64,000 nucleotides of DNA from Macrostomum lignano (GCA_002269645.1 NIVC01000027.1:744001-808000), one strand, 5' to 3'. Positions 1-16,399 are shown, numbered from the stretch's first letter. Notes: a model not told the origin generated them from the letters alone. Numbers and translations are program-made.

Positions 1-222
1 CCCTCTCCCCTCTCTCTTACTCCCCCTCTCCTACCCTCTCCCCCTCTCTCTTACTTCCCTCTCTCCTACCCTCTCCCCCTCTCTCTTACTCCCCCCTCTC
101 CTACCCTCTCCCCCTCTCTCTTACTCCCCCCTGTCCTACCCTCTCCCCCTCTCTCTTACTCCCCCCTCTCCTACCCTCTTCCCCTCTCTCTTACTCCCCC
201 CTCTCCTACCCTCTCCCCCTCT
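1..222. repeat. CT-rich minisatellite, about 35 bp, truncated by the window edge
   Basis: Repeated CTCTCTTACTCCCCCTCTCCTACCCTCTCCCC. Confidence 0.85.
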
Positions 223-856
223 TCTCCCAACTTATTGCAATAATTCCGTATTTTATATAGAATGGTAAAAATCCCGAAAATGCATCGGAATCCTCTACTC
301 GGTTTATTGAAATTTCGCGGCAGCTCTTTACTGTCTTGGATAAGAAGAAAAAAATTATTAATCTGCTTTATATTTGCGCCTCTGTTTTTGGCCTCTTCCG
401 CTGCCCACCCCCCTTCTGGTCTTCAGTAATCTGCCGGATTCGCCCAGTTCGTCATTTTCAAGAATAAAATCCTTGGCCCTTCTCCGCCTACCACTGGTTT
501 GCCTTTTTTCTCGTGAATTGCAACTTCTTTGCATTTATTCCTCTCTGCATAGTTGAAAAGCTTCTTCCTTTAGGCTTTCTTCTTTTTTTGAAAAAAAGCT
601 TTTCTTCCGCTCTTCTCCGTTTGAGTTGCTTTTTCTTTTTATTGTTGTCGGTAGAAATTCTCAAGGATTTGAGGCGGCGCCGTTTAGGAAAAGGCGGAGC
701 CCGAAAAATGAGCAGCCGGGGAGGGGGATCAGGCGGTTGGGATTCCTGAGATCTGCTGGGGTCGCTTCGGAATTGACTGCTGGAGGGGGGGGGGGCGGCT
801 GCCGGATGTCAGCTGGGAATGCAAATATCTGGGCTTCTGATTCTGGCTGCTTTCTC

Positions 857-889
<33 letters not shown>

Positions 890-950
890 GTGTCTGTCTG
901 TCTGTCTGTCTGTCTGTGTGTCTGTGTGTCTGTCTGTCTGTCTGTCTGCC

Positions 951-1007
<57 letters not shown>

Positions 1008-1032
1008 CCACCTGTCGGTCTGTCTGTGTGTG

Positions 1033-1063
<31 letters not shown>

Positions 1064-1088
1064 GTGTCTGTCTGTCTGTCTGTCTGTG

Positions 1089-1133
<45 letters not shown>

Positions 1134-1135
1134 GC
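857..1135. repeat. (TGTC)n microsatellite
   Basis: Direct reading. Confidence 0.95.
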
Positions 1136-1697
1136 CTGCCACCTGTGACCTGTCTGTTTGTGTGTCTTAGAGTATGTTTTAGCGTCTGTATTACACCCAA
1201 TAATCAAGTAGTATAACTACACCCAGGGCTCATAATAATTTGAGCCAGTGCGCCACTCCGACTCGGCAAAATCAACTCCGATGATTGGCGTTGCAGGGTC
1301 TCAAGCCCAATCTTCTGTCGCTGCCAGGAGTAGCGGCGCTCTCTTTGCAATGCGCAGATATCGATTTGATTTGATCGATGTGGACTGCGTTAACTAAGCT
1401 CTACTGTTGGCTTTGTTCCCTGCTTTTATTGTACCAGCTAGCGCTAATCAGGTTTCCATCGGCTCCCCTCTTCTCTTCCGCATGTTGTGGGAATTTTTTT
1501 GACCCCATTGTTTCTTCATTCTTTTGTCGCTTGTTTTTGGCATTCTCTTTGAAAATTTTTAATTCTTATCATGATGCGACGATCAATGAATGGATGGATG
1601 GATGAAATTCGGGCATTATGGAATTTTGAGTATGATTATGATGATGCCGAAAGCTGAAATAACGGCTTTAATAAATTTGTCAAATAAACTTGAATAA

Positions 1698-3140
1698 GTG
1701 TGGCTCACCTGAACAATCAGAGAGGGGTGGCTCACCTGAAGGATCAGAAAGGGGTGGCTCACCTGAACAATCAGGGAGGGGTGGCTCACCTGAACAATCA
1801 GAAAGGGGTGGCTCACCTGAACAATCAGAAAGGGGTGGCTCACCTGAAGGATCAGAAAGGGGTGGCTCACCTGAACAATCAGAAAGGGGTGGCTCACCTG
1901 AAGGATCAGAAAGGGGTGGCTCACCTGAACAATCAGAAAGGGGTGGCTCACCTGAAGGATCAGAGAGGGGTGGCTTACCTGAACAATCAGAAAGGGGTGG
2001 CTCACCTGAACAATCAGAAAGGGGTGGCTTATCTGAACAAGCAGAAAGGGGTGGCTTATCTGAACAAGCAGAAAGGGGTGGCTCACCTGAACAATCAGAG
2101 AGGGGTGGCTCACCTGAACAATCAGAAAGGGGTGGCTCACCTGAACAATCAGAGAGGGGTGGCTTACCTGAACAATCAGAGAGCGGTGGCTCACCTGAAC
2201 AATCAGGGAGGGGTGGCTCACCTGAACAATCAGAAAGGGGTGGCTCACCTGAACAATCAGAAAGGGGTGGCTCACCTGAAGGATCAGAAAGGGGTGGCTC
2301 ACCTGAACAATCAGAAAGGGGTGGCTCACCTGAAGGATCAGAAAGGGGTGGCTCACCTGAACAATCAGAAAGGGGTGGCTTACCTGAACAATCAGAAAGG
2401 GGTGGCTTACCTGAACAATCAGAGAGGGGTGGCTTACCTGAACAATCAGAAAGGGGTGGCTCACCTGAACAATCAGAAAGGGGTGGCTTATCTGAACAAG
2501 CAGAAAGGGGTGGCTCACCTGAACAATCAGAGAGGGGTGGCTCACCTGAACAATCAGAAAGGGGTGGCTCACCTGAACAATCAGAAAGGGGTGGCTCACC
2601 TGAACAATCAGAGAGGGGTGGCTTACCTGAACAATCAGAGAGCGGTGGCTCACCTGAACAATCAGGGAGGGGTGGCTCACCTGAACAATCAGAAAGGGGT
2701 GGCTCACCTGAACAATCAGAAAGGGGTGGCTCACCTGAAGGATCAGAAAGGGGTGGCTCACCTGAACAATCAGAAAGGGGTGGCTCACCTGAACAATCAG
2801 AAAGGGGTGGCTCACCTGAACAATCAGAAAGGGGTGGCTCACCTGAACAATCAGAAAGGGGTGGCTCACCTGAACAATCAGAAAGGGGTGGCTCACCTGA
2901 ACAATCAGAAAGGGGTGGCTCACCTGAACAATCAGAGAGGGGTGGCAGCGATGGCTCACCTAAAGGAATAAGGAGGGCAGTGGCTCACCTGAAGGATCAA
3001 GGAGGGGTGGCTCACCTGAAGGATTAATGAGGGCGGTGGCTCACCTGAAGAATCAGGGAGGGCGGTGGCTCACCTGAAGAATCAGAGAGGGCGGTGGCTC
3101 ACCTGAAGAATAGGGAGGGCGGTGGCGCACCTGAATGATC
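1698..3140. repeat. 27-bp minisatellite, about 50 copies
   Basis: Unit GGGGTGGCTCACCTGAACAATCAGAAA, degenerating at the right end. Confidence 0.95.
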
Positions 3141-3499
3141 TTCTGGTTGATTTTGAAACAGAATTGCGTTCAAAAGTTGTCCAAAAAATTACGATTTTTT
3201 TCGCTGGCGCTTCCGTTAACTTATGCTTTGGTGGTAGCGAATTTGCGCCCCAAACTAAACAATTATAAAACTTTTTGGCTATTTTTTTAAGAGGATCAAT
3301 TTTCTGCAGTTTTTTGCAAGCTTCTTATAAACTTTAAATTCATTTATAGAATTACGCGAACTGTGCATGCCGTTGATTATGGGGTGGAGAAACCTGTTGG
3401 AATTGCTCTGCGCTTCTTCTGCAGTCTGGTCTGATGCTTCTGGTGCGGGAAATGCGCGGCTTTCTCTGAGGAAAGGAGTAAATTTTATTCCAAAAAGGG

Positions 3500-3920
3500 G
3501 TGGATTGGATTCCGAGAAGGGCGTATTTGATTCCTAGAGGGGCGTATTTGATTCCTAGAGGGGCGGATTTGATTCCTAGAGGGGCGGATTTGATTCCTAG
3601 AGGGGCGGATTTGATTCCTAGAAGGGCGGATTTGATTCCTAGAGGGGCGGATTTTATTCCTAGAAGGGCGGATTTGATTCCTAGAGGGGCGGATTTGATT
3701 CCTAGAAGGGCGGATTTGATTCCGAGAGGGCGGATTTGATTCCTAGAGAGGCGGATTTGATTTGTAGAGGGGCGGATTTGATTCCTAGAAGGGCGGATTT
3801 GATTCCTAGAGGGGCGGATTTGATTCCTAGAGGGGCGAAATTGTCCTAGAGGGATGTATTTGGTTTTTAAAGGGGCGGATTTGATTTCTAGAGGGGCGGA
3901 TTTGATTCTGGGAATTGGCG
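3500..3920. repeat. 21-bp minisatellite
   Basis: Unit GAGGGGCGGATTTGATTCCTA. Confidence 0.9.
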
Positions 3921-4579
3921 GATTTAATTGAGAGACGTAATAAATTCAAAGCTACCAGATTCGATCAAGCATCAGATTGAAATGCCAAGTATGCTGAAAT
4001 ATAAAAATATATATTGGAGAATTGGGGCCGACACCAAGGCCATCGTAGCATGAAAATTCCTAGGCACCAACAGGTGGAAGGGAGCTTGGGGCGCTTCGCA
4101 TCTTAAGGTGAGGAAAATCTTCAGTCTTGAAACTTTTCTATTCAGTTTGTTGTAACAAAAAATATTCTCTGCCTTGCCCCCTTGGCGGATTTTAAACTAC
4201 TTTTTGCGTAGTTTAGTAGGAAATGAAAAAAGGAGCGGAAAAAATATAAAAAATGTAAGTGCCAGGCAATGATAGATTATAGTCTGCTGGATTGCTCTGC
4301 AGTTTAAGGAACTGGCTTGCGGCCGGCTCTTTCGCAGCACTATAAACTGCAATTATATTTAGCAAGTTAATAACCGATTGTGACTCACACCTGCAGGCCC
4401 CGGGTTAGTTAGCTCGCCAGCATACTAATACACTTTTTCTCTGCATGGCTTGAATTGAGGTCACACAGTGCTTTAGACTAGCAGCTTCAATTTTTGCCAA
4501 CTTTTAGCGAGAAAGTTTGGCGGGTGTTCGATGGGCTTTTGTAATAGAGGTTGGGTAGTTATTAGGCATGCTTTAATCC

Positions 4580-4830
4580 AGCTGGAGTGACAAGAAAGTC
4601 TGAATTAGAGTGCCAGCTGGAGTGACAAGAAAATCAAGATAGAGTGTTTGCTGGAGTGACAAGAATATCAAGATAGAGTGCCAGCTGGAGTGACAAGAAT
4701 ATCAAGATAGAGTGTCAGCTGGAGTGACAAGAATATCAAGATAGAGTGTCAGCTGGAGTGACAAGAATATCAAGATAGAGTGTCAGCTGGAGTGACAAGA
4801 ATATCAAGATCGAGTGCTAGCTGGAGTGAC
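4580..4830. repeat. 34-bp minisatellite
   Basis: Unit CTGGAGTGACAAGAATATCAAGATAGAGTGTCAG. Confidence 0.9.
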
Positions 4831-5644
4831 ACTGGAAGCAGAAATGAGTGCTTAAGTTAAGTGACAGTTGTTACAGAAATGACGAGTGCTTTTGCTGATG
4901 CATTCTCCATCGCAACTTCATCAGTGTAGTCTTTTTACGGCCAACTTAAAAATCTGTCTTGAACTGTTGTTTTTTCTCTCTCAAGAAAGTTTTAGAATGC
5001 TTTTAATGCCTTTTTGTTTTTCTACTCGCGTTCAAAATGTAGCGAGATGACAAGATGCCATGCTTGTCATAAAAAGTGGGTTTCTCTGTAGTTACCACTG
5101 CCTAATGGCTGGGGTCCATTAACTGCTCTGCAACATTTAATCCTGGCTCACGATTTTGTAAATAATCTTTGCATCCATTTTTATTTCTCACCTCTTGTTT
5201 TTTAAAACAAAAAAACGAATCCCAGGAAGTGTGCTCACATATTCTCATTTTTCCTCCCCTCTTTCCTCTTAGCGGCCTTAGTTGTGAAAGTTTCACTTCT
5301 TTCTGTTGCTACTTCTCCTTTCTTGCTTGCGCCTCAAGTCCGCTAAGAACAAAGCAAGTATTGGGCTGGGATTTTCGCACCTGTGAGTTCTTCAGTTTTC
5401 TACCGCAGTTCCTATTTCTATGCATGTCGTGTGTTGTAGGGTGAGTGTGCAACTTTTAGTGTGAAAGTGTTTGCAAAGAAGTGGTCCTGAAGCCTATTGC
5501 AACTGGCTGAGGTAACTCAGGATGCGGCTGAGTCATTGTAGTTCCATGCACAGTTGTAGGCTCGTTTTGAGCACGTTTTTGTTGGACTTTAAGCCGAAAT
5601 TAGTCACAGAATGAGTGCGTAACCAAGCGGCTGTAGGGGTACTT

Positions 5645-6160
5645 ATTTTGGCGCTTAAACTGCTCATATTGAGGCTTATTTTAGCGCCTAAACTGCTCAT
5701 ATTGAGGCTTATCGTAGCGCTTAAACTGCTCAAATTCGGGCTTATCATAGCGCTTAAACTGCTCATTTTGAGGCTTATCGTAGCGCTTAAACTGCTCATT
5801 TTGAGGCTTATCGTAGCGCTTAAACTGCTCATATTGAGGCTTATCGTAGCGCTTAAACTGCTCATATTGAGGCTTATCGTAGCGCTTAACCTGCTTAATA
5901 TTGAGGCTTATCGTAACGCTTGAACTGCTCATATTGAGGCTTATCGTAGCGCCTAAACTGCTCATATCGAGGCTTATCGTAGCGCTTAAACTGCTCATAT
6001 CGAGGCTTATCGTAGCGCTTAAACTGCTCATATTGAGGCTTATCGTAGCGCTTAAACTGCTCATATTGAGGCTTATCGTAGCGCTTAAACTGCTCATATT
6101 GAGGCTTATCGTAGCGCTTAACCTGCTCATATTGAGGCTTATCGTAGCGCTTTAACTGCT
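5645..6160. repeat. 33-bp minisatellite
   Basis: Unit GCGCTTAAACTGCTCATATTGAGGCTTATCGTA. Confidence 0.92.
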
Positions 6161-6775
6161 CAAATCATCAACTTATCAACTAGCAAGTTTTAGTTCATAC
6201 AATTATCCATTAACCTGCGTGTGTATAGATCCGCAAAAAAATTCAACACAACCATTACAGTTGCTAGGCGCTTTACAGGATGCAGTGGCTTGTTGTTCAA
6301 CCAACCAGCATATCTTCTTACTAGTGTGACTCAGTATAGCATCAGTGGGGACTGACTGACTGACTGACTGACTTGGTGAATTAATTCGATAATTGAAGTC
6401 TTTCAAAAATAACAAACTAAACATAGCAGGCAGACTCGCTGCATTCGAAAGCGATCGTCTTAGTGGCGCCTGCTAAATAAATATTGCCCCACCCACCTCA
6501 CCGCTTTCTGAATTTTCTTCTAGAAGAGAGGACAAGGAGACTCCCGGTTGCTTGATTCCTGGAGTTTGCACCAGCTAAACCCCCTTTATGCGGCGTATTA
6601 GGCAATGTGCTAGTACCGACACAGATCTGTGTTATTGTTTCTCTTGCTTGTGTGTTTCTTTGCTTTTTAAGTCTAGACTATATGCGGATGCGAGACACCT
6701 GGTTACTGAGTGTGATGATGTTGTATTAATTGTCTTGATGTCTTGATTGTGTCAAAGACGATTTGAAGGTCTTCA

Positions 6776-8647
<1,872 letters not shown>

Positions 8648-9234
8648 TTAGTCTCAGCTATAATAGGGCCGATTCCCCTCCCTCTCTGGGCACCGATACC
8701 ATTTTTTCGGTGTCTTTTAGAAGAGCAAATAAAGCCGACTAAAAAATGCGGAACACAAGGTCCTGCTCAGCTCAGCCTCTGGCGGTCAGTGATGCAGAAA
8801 TTTTTGTTTCTCTTCAGCGATTTGCAGTCGACGGCAAATCCTTTAATTGCAGGAGTTATTGTGATTCAAGCTAGCGATTGTGCTCAGGTAATTGAGAGTC
8901 AGTTAGGTATGCAGATCTTCAACAAAGGACTAATGAATTTTTTGGTGAAAGAGAATTGGCAGTAGTAGTAAAGCAAGAATCCGCCATTGTTGCGTCAATT
9001 TCAATACAGATTGTCGATAAGAGAGTTGAGCAAACGATCTCAGCGGCTGTCTCTGTCTTAGCGAACCGATAAGCTAATGGCTAATATAGTAGATAGTGGA
9101 CTTGACGATATTTTATGGCTTAATTGACTACCTATCGGGGTTCATTATTTTTCTACATGTGCTTTGCCTGTAATCGGTTAGTTCGAGCTTTATAGACAGG
9201 GTTTAAGGGATTTTGGGAGTTGATGCTCCCCTAA

Positions 9235-10530
9235 AGGAGAGGGAGAGATAAAAAGAGGTAGGAGAGAGGGGAAGAGGGTAAGAGAGAGTGGAGAAGAGGG
9301 GAAGAGAGAGAGGGAAGAGGGGAAGAGAGAGTGGAGAAGAGGGGAAGAGAGAAGAGGGGAAGAGAGAGAGGGAAGAGGGGAAGAGAGAGTGGAGAAGAGG
9401 GGAAGAGAGAAGAGGGGAAGAGAGAGAGGGAAGAGGGGAAGAGAGAGTGGAGAAGAGGGGAAGAGAGAGAGGGAAGAGGGGAAGAGAGAGAGGGAAGAGG
9501 GGAAGAGAGAGAGGGAAGAGGGGAAGAGAGAGAGGGAAGAGGGGAAGAGAGAGAGGGAAGAGGGGAAGAGAGAGTGGAGAAGAGGGGAAGAGAGAGAGGG
9601 AAGAGGGGAAGAGAGAGTGGAGAAGAGGGGAAGAGAGAGAGGGAAGAGGGGAAGAGAGAGAGGGAAGAGGGGAAGAGAGAGGGAAGAGGGGAAGAGAGAG
9701 AGGGAAGAGGGGAAGAGAGAGTGGAGAAGAGGGGAAGAGAGAAGAGGGAAGAGGGGAAGAGAGAGAGGGAAGTGGGGAAGAGAGAGAGGGAAGAGGGGAA
9801 GAGAGAGAGGGGAAGAGGGTAAGAGAGATGGGAAGAGAGAGAGTGGGAAGATGGTCAGCGAGAGGGGAAGAAGATAAACGAGAGGAGAAGAGGGTAAGCG
9901 AGAGGGGAAGAGGGTAAGCGGGAGGGAAGGCGGGTAAGAGAGAGGGTGGAGGGTAAGAGAGGGTGGAGAAGAGGGGAAGAGAGAGAGGGAAGAGGGGAAG
10001 AGAGAGTGGAGAAGAGGGGAAGAGAGAGTGGAGAAGAGGGGAAGAGAGAAGAGGGAAGAGGGGAAGAGAGAGAGGGAAGAGGGGAAGAGAGAGTGGAGAA
10101 GAGGGGAAGAGAGAAGAGGGGAAGAGAGAACAGGGGAAGAGAGAGAGGGAAGAGGGGAAGAGAGAGTGGAGAAGAGGGGAAGAGAGAAGAGGGGAAGAGA
10201 GAAGAGGGAAGAGGGGAAGAGAGAGAGGGAAGAGGGGAAGAGAGAGAGGGGAAGAGGGTAAGAGAGATGGGAAGAGAGAGAGTGGGAAGATGGTCAGCGA
10301 GAGGGGAAGAAGATAAACGAGAGGAGAAGAGGGTAAGCGAGAGGAGAAGAGGGTAAGCGAGAGGGGAAGAGGGTAAGCGAGAGGGGAAGAGGGTAAGCGG
10401 GAGGGGAAGAGGGTAAGCGAGAGGGGAAGAGGGTAAGCGGGAGGGAAGGCGGGTAAGAGAGAGGGGGAGGGTAAGAGAGGGTGGAGGGTAAGAGAGAGGG
10501 CAAGAGGGTAAGATAGAGGGGGGAGAGGGT
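9235..10530. repeat. GA-rich low-complexity array with an internal duplication of about 440 bp
   Basis: GAAGAGGG/GAGA units. The distinctive segment GATGGTCAGCGAGAGGGGAAGAAGATAAACG occurs at about 9850 and about 10290. Confidence 0.9.
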
Positions 10531-11554
10531 AGGAATTAAATACACTGCTGAGTAGTACTGAAGTATTTTTTTCCTAAAATTAAACTAAAAGCTCATAAAT
10601 TCAATAAATCCTAGCATTTCATACGCGCTGGCAAGTAAGCTACAATGCCCTTATATATTTTATTAGGCCAGCAGTAGAAGTAGCTGCTATACACATCTAC
10701 TATACGCTATACGGGCCATGCCGTATGTCTGCAACGTATGAATGATTGATTGCGTTGTACTAACTAAGAATAAGAATAATAATAATTAGTAAGGAATAGA
10801 GAAGTATAGGAATCTACCTATTCTACTTTACTAGCGGTTCTTTCTCTCTGTAGCAACAGCAGCAAAAGCAACATGGCCAAAAGCAGAAGCAAGTTTGGAA
10901 AAAAATGCAACAACCCTAAACGTCTTATCTCTGCAGTTGAGGGTCTGGCTGGGTTGTGGGGTAGGGCCGGGTTATCGTGGCCTAACGCATAGTATTGGTC
11001 AGCAACAGTCAGAGCGGGCCACTTCAGCCGTGATTTCCTCCAGACTGCACAGCGCTGGCCTATATATCTGAAGCTATAAAACCGAGCATATATGCTTGAA
11101 CGGTCAGGCAGATTGTGTAGCATCTGCATGTAATCAACAGGTGCTTAAAAATTGCGATGCATCTGAAACTATCTGAAACTTCCAAACCGGCGCTAATAAA
11201 CCTGTCAATATTAATGGCTTGGCCTAGCGGTATCAATGTATCAAGGCATTTAAAAAACACAATTTTTTATTATTTTTCATGCATGCTGATGGCATTATCG
11301 AAATCTGTGTGTGTGTGTTGGATAGAAGTCTGCGAATTGATGCAGTCGGGAGCGGGGAATGAAGGCTTGGCATTTCTCTTATCTAAGCTGCTTCTGGGGT
11401 TTGGTTTGGCCTTGTCGGGCCTCTCCTGCTGTATACAGGTTAATCAGTTTTTGCGACAGTATTTTTTTAATCCGTAGACCTAATCGTGCTATTTGGCTTA
11501 GAAAATTAATGGTGAATTATTGAAGAATGCGAAGCTTACGTGAAGTTTGTGGTT

Positions 11555-11830
11555 TGAGTGATGTTTGTGATTTGTGTGATGGTTGTGATTTGTGTGATGT
11601 TTGTGATTTGTGTGATGGTTGTGATTTGTGTGATGTTTGTGATTTGTGTGATGTTTGTGATTTGTGTGATGTTTGTGGTTTGCGTGATGTTTGTGATTTG
11701 TGTGAAGCGGCTAATTTTTGTGAAGTGGCTTACTCGTATTTGTGTGGAGCGGCTTATTTGCGTGAAGCGGCTTATTTGCGTGAAGCGGCTTATTTACGTG
11801 AAGCGGCTTATTTGCGTGAAGTGTCTAACT
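11555..11830. repeat. Two adjacent 18-bp minisatellites
   Basis: GTGATTTGTGTGATGTTT followed by GTGAAGCGGCTTATTTGC. Confidence 0.85.
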
Positions 11831-12499
11831 TGTGTGACCAGTTTGTGTGAATTTCGATAGGAATTCCTTGTTGGCTGAATTCAGTCCAGAACTCTTTTTA
11901 CGCAGCCGAAGTTTCTGCACTGCCTGATTTGTTTTGTGTGTTTGTAACGCGATCTTAGTGGAAATTATGTATGAATTTCCTGCTGCCACCGCTTGCTGTT
12001 TGGCAGCCATTAAATAATACTGTGTAAATTATTAATTATGATTATGTATATTGTTGATATATACATTCTGAATGGCTCTCTCGGGCTTTCTTCTCTGTGC
12101 AAGGCGATACCAGAGACTGGTGAGAGAAATATAAAAATAGCAAAATCCTCAGCCAATTCTCAGGCTGGTCTGGAGGGGGAGCCAATCCTTCAATGCTTCT
12201 GCTGCAGTTTTTTTAAGCTTGCTTCGTCATGCCTTGTGCTTCAAGCTCGAGGTTGACCAGAAACTGGCACAGGCATCTGCAAAGTATTGTATATTTGCTT
12301 AGAATTTGGTAGAATTTCTTGCAACTGAGAACTTCTCGTGCATGTGTGCCATTTAATGTTGCGAGTTTTGCCAACTGGGGGGGGGTTTGGAACGCTTTGT
12401 TACTTAGATTGATGCTTATGGATAATGACTTGGATCAGTGCGCCACTCATGGCTCAACTGATTTCCTATTTTCCTTTTGTCCTCTGCTTTTCCCTCTCT

Positions 12500-12960
12500 A
12501 CTCCTCTCTTCTTGCTCTTCATCTCTTCTCCCTCTCTTCTTCATCTCTTCATCTCTTCTCCCTCTCTTCTTCATCTCTTCTCCCTCTCTTCTTCATCTCT
12601 TCATCTCTTCTCCCTCTCTTCTTCATCTCTTCTCCCTCTCTTCTTCATTTCTTCATCTCTTCTCCCTCTCTTCTTCATCTCTTCTCCCTCTCTTCTTCAT
12701 CTCTTCATCTCTTCTCCCTCTCTTCTTCATCTCTTCATCTCTTCTCCCTCTCTTCTTCATCTCTTCATCTCTTCTCCCTCTCTTATTCATCTCTTCATCT
12801 CTTCTCCCTCTCTTCTTCATCTCTTCATCTCTTCTCCCTCTCTTCTTCATCTCTTCATCTCTTCTCCCTCTCTTCTTCATCTCTTCATCTCTTCTCCCCG
12901 TCTTTTCCCTATCTTCCCCCTCTATTCCCTCTCTTCTCCTCTCTCTTTGTTCTCTTCTTC
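12500..12960. repeat. CT-rich array
   Basis: CTCTTCTTCATCTCTTC(AT)/TCCCT units. Confidence 0.9.
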
Positions 12961-13914
12961 CTTCCCCCAGTAACAATTGATTTCCAACTGATTGCAACTC
13001 TTTCCCTTCTTAGTGCTAGTGTATCCGTAGTGACTCATCGTATTCAGACTTGCTTTGTACGTATTTCGGACCCATTACGATTACACACTGGCTGATGCGG
13101 CACAGTGCAGAGTCACTCACTTCACTTACAGCGGACCGCCCCCCCCTCTATCGTCAGTCTGTCAGTCAGTCAGTCAGCCAGTGCTATACAGTGCAACCTA
13201 TAACTATAACTAATAGGCATTGAAACCCCTGCCAAGCAGTCCCAGGTGTCAGATATTATGTATTACATATACGCTATAGAGGCAAGAGGTATTTATAGTA
13301 CGATGTTGATTCTTTCTTTCTTACGTTCGTTGCTTCCTTGATCTCTCCCCAAGCCCGCTCTGTGCATGGTGTACAGTCAAGATGGAGATTTTTATCCCCT
13401 AGAGAAAGTGACGCCCGGCGTAAACACAACAGTTTGAGAGGCTTATATGATGCATTCTAAAGAAGAGTGACTCCATCCGGGAGGCCAATGCTACTAATCT
13501 GTCACGAGTGCGGTCGCAAATATTATTTAATCCGTCGCTCTTATTTGTAGTAGCTCCCCCCTTCCCTGGTTCGTTCTGGAATTGTCTGCTGCACTGCTTT
13601 TTTTGACATTTTGTGACTTTTTTCTCTGCCTGCCTACCCGCCTGTCTGGCTGGGCTGGATGGAGGGACAGTGGCTCTTGACTTATCTTCATATCTGGACA
13701 CTTGTAAGCGCGCTTCCCGTCAAAAAAATTACCAGTAGGTAACGTACGTACTACTTAGATCATGCCAACTGGACCAGGCAGTGTTACTGAAACTGCGCTA
13801 ATGTATAGCATTCAAGCTTTCTTTATTGGCTCTGGAATAAAATATTTTACAATTGCACCATTTGGATACAAACTGACATTCATTTTGACTTGTTCTCGCT
13901 GACAATTGACACCT

Positions 13915-15505
13915 CCCAGTCTCAACTGACGCCCTACAGTCTCAGCTGACACCCTCCAGTCTCAACTGACACCCTCCAGTCTCTACTGACATCTTCCAGT
14001 CTCTACTGACACCCTCCAGTCTCAACTGACACCCTACAGTCTCAACAGACACCTTCCAGTCTCTACTGACACCTTCCAGTCTCAACTGACACCCTCTAGT
14101 CTCAACTGACACCCTCTAGTCTCAACTGACACCCTCCAGTCTCAGCTGACACCTCCCAGTCTCAACTGACACCCTCCAGTCTCAACTGACACCTTCCAGT
14201 CTCAGCTGACACCCTCCAGTCTCAGCTGACACCATCCAGTCTCAACTGACGCCCTCCAGTCTCAACTGACGCCCTCCAGTCTCAAGTGACACCCTCCAGT
14301 CTTAACTGAAACCCTCTAGTCTCAAGTGACACCCTCCAGTCTTAACTGACACCCTCTAGTCTCAACTGACACCCTCTAGTCTCAAGTGACACCCTCTAGT
14401 CTCAAGTGACACCCTCCAGTCTCAACTGACACCTTCCAGTCTCAACTGACACCTTCCAGTCTCAACTGACACCTTCCAGTCTCAACTGACACCCTCTAGT
14501 CTCAACTGACACCCTCCAGTCTTAACTGACACCCTCTAGTCTCAAGTGACACCCTCTAGTCTCAAGTGACACCCTCTAGTCTCAAGTGACACCCTCCAGT
14601 CTCAAGTGACACCCTCCAGTCTCAACTGACACCCTCTAGTCTCAACTGACACCCTCCAGTCTTAACTGACACCCTCTAGTCTCAAGTGACACCCTCTAGT
14701 CTCAAGTGACACCCTCTAGTCTCAACTGACACCCTCTAGTCTCAACTGACACCCTCCAGTCTCAACTGACACCCTCTAGTCTCAACTGACACCCTCCAGT
14801 CTTAACTGACACCCTCTAGTCTCAACTGACACCCTCTAGTCTCAAGTGACACCCTCTAGTCTCAAGTGACACCCTCCAGTCTCAACTGACACCCTCTAGT
14901 CTCAAGTGACACCCTCTAGTCTCAAGTGACACCCTCCAGTCTCAACTGACACCCTCTAGTCTCAAGTGACACCCTCTAGTCTCAACTGACACCCTCCAGT
15001 CTCAACTGACACCCTCTAGTCTCAACTGACACCCTCCAGTCTCAACTGACACCCTCCAGTCTCAGCTGACACCCTCCAGTCTCAACTGACGCCCTCCAGT
15101 CTCAACTGACAACCCTCCAGTCTCAACTGACACCCTCCAGTCTCAACTGACACCCTCCAGTCTCAAGTGACACCCTCTAGTCTCAAGTGACACCCTCCAG
15201 TCTCAACTGACACCCTCTAGTCTCAACTGACACCCTCCAGTCTCAACTGACACCCTCTAGTCTCAACTGACACCCTCCAGTCTTAACTGACACCCTCTAG
15301 TCTCAACTGACACCCTCTAGTCTCAAGTGACACCCTCTAGTCTCAAGTGACACCCTCCAGTCTCAACTGACACCCTCCAGTCTCAACTGACACCCTCAAG
15401 TCTCAACTGACGCCCTCCAGTCTCAACTGACACCCTCCAGTCTCAACTGACACCCTCTAGTCTCAACTGACACCCTCCAGTCTCAACTGACACCCTCCAG
15501 TCTCT
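13915..15505. repeat. 20-bp minisatellite, about 80 copies
   Basis: Unit GTCTCAACTGACACCCTCCA. Confidence 0.95.
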
Positions 15506-16399
15506 ACTAACACATAATCCACTAAACCCTTATGATTTCTTGATAATGCATAAGTATATAAAGTTTGCTAAATTTTTTAAACTTAATACCCTTTAAAACG
15601 CATCAAACCTTTGCCCAGATCCTGACCCAATCTGCCTTGAGACCAACGTCAACACGGGAATTCTGCAGCCTTGGAGGTCGCTAATTTTCAAGGTATTTTT
15701 GTGCATCTTCGTCATTAATTTTACAGTTTTTCAAAAGCCTCCACTTATTGTTGTCTTTCTGCATTTACTGAAAAAATAAAAGCAACACTTCCTTGCATTT
15801 CTACTTATACTAGTGACTTAGTAGTATGCTGTGATTGATTTAGTGAGTTTTTAGTTCTTTTTGGAGAAAACCAAGAAATTTGGTTTTCAAGCTTCAAAGC
15901 GATTCTGTTGGACCTATGCGGGTTTAATAAATCAATCAGTGAGCATTGCTTTTGCAACCACTTCTTACTCTGTTTTTCTGTTGACTTTATTTATTTCTGT
16001 TATTTGACTTTTTTATCTATTGTAGGACTGCTGAGTGGTGTTGGGACTAGCTATAGGCTAATCAGCTTTTATTTAAACACAGCTGTCAAACTCTCTCTAA
16101 CTGATTTATGAGGTCAAATTGGAAGTTGCGAACTCTCCTAGGGCAGGTAGGTAGGTAGGTAGGTAGGTAGAGAGTAGGTTTTTCGATATGTTTGTTTTGA
16201 GTGCTCTTGATTGTACACCCTCTGAACTTTTATCTGTGTTTTGCAGATTTTTTATTCATTGATGTCTGCATCCACTCATCCGAATTCGCAATCCTCCCGT
16301 TTCTGCTCTCCCCTGCCTCTCGAAGCTTCATCTGTCTCTTGTCGTCTGTCCTGCGCTCTCCTCCCATCTATTTAATTCTCTCTCCTCTCCTCCAATCTA

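Noticed and set aside
374-1216. ORFs spanning the (TGTC)n tract
   Set aside because: They are microsatellite-driven, and the unique parts show no protein-like signal.
1616-3027. ORFs of 423-447 aa (PEQSERGGS, VAHLNNQKG)
   Set aside because: They are products of the 27-bp array, open in several frames on both strands, with no flanking coding context.
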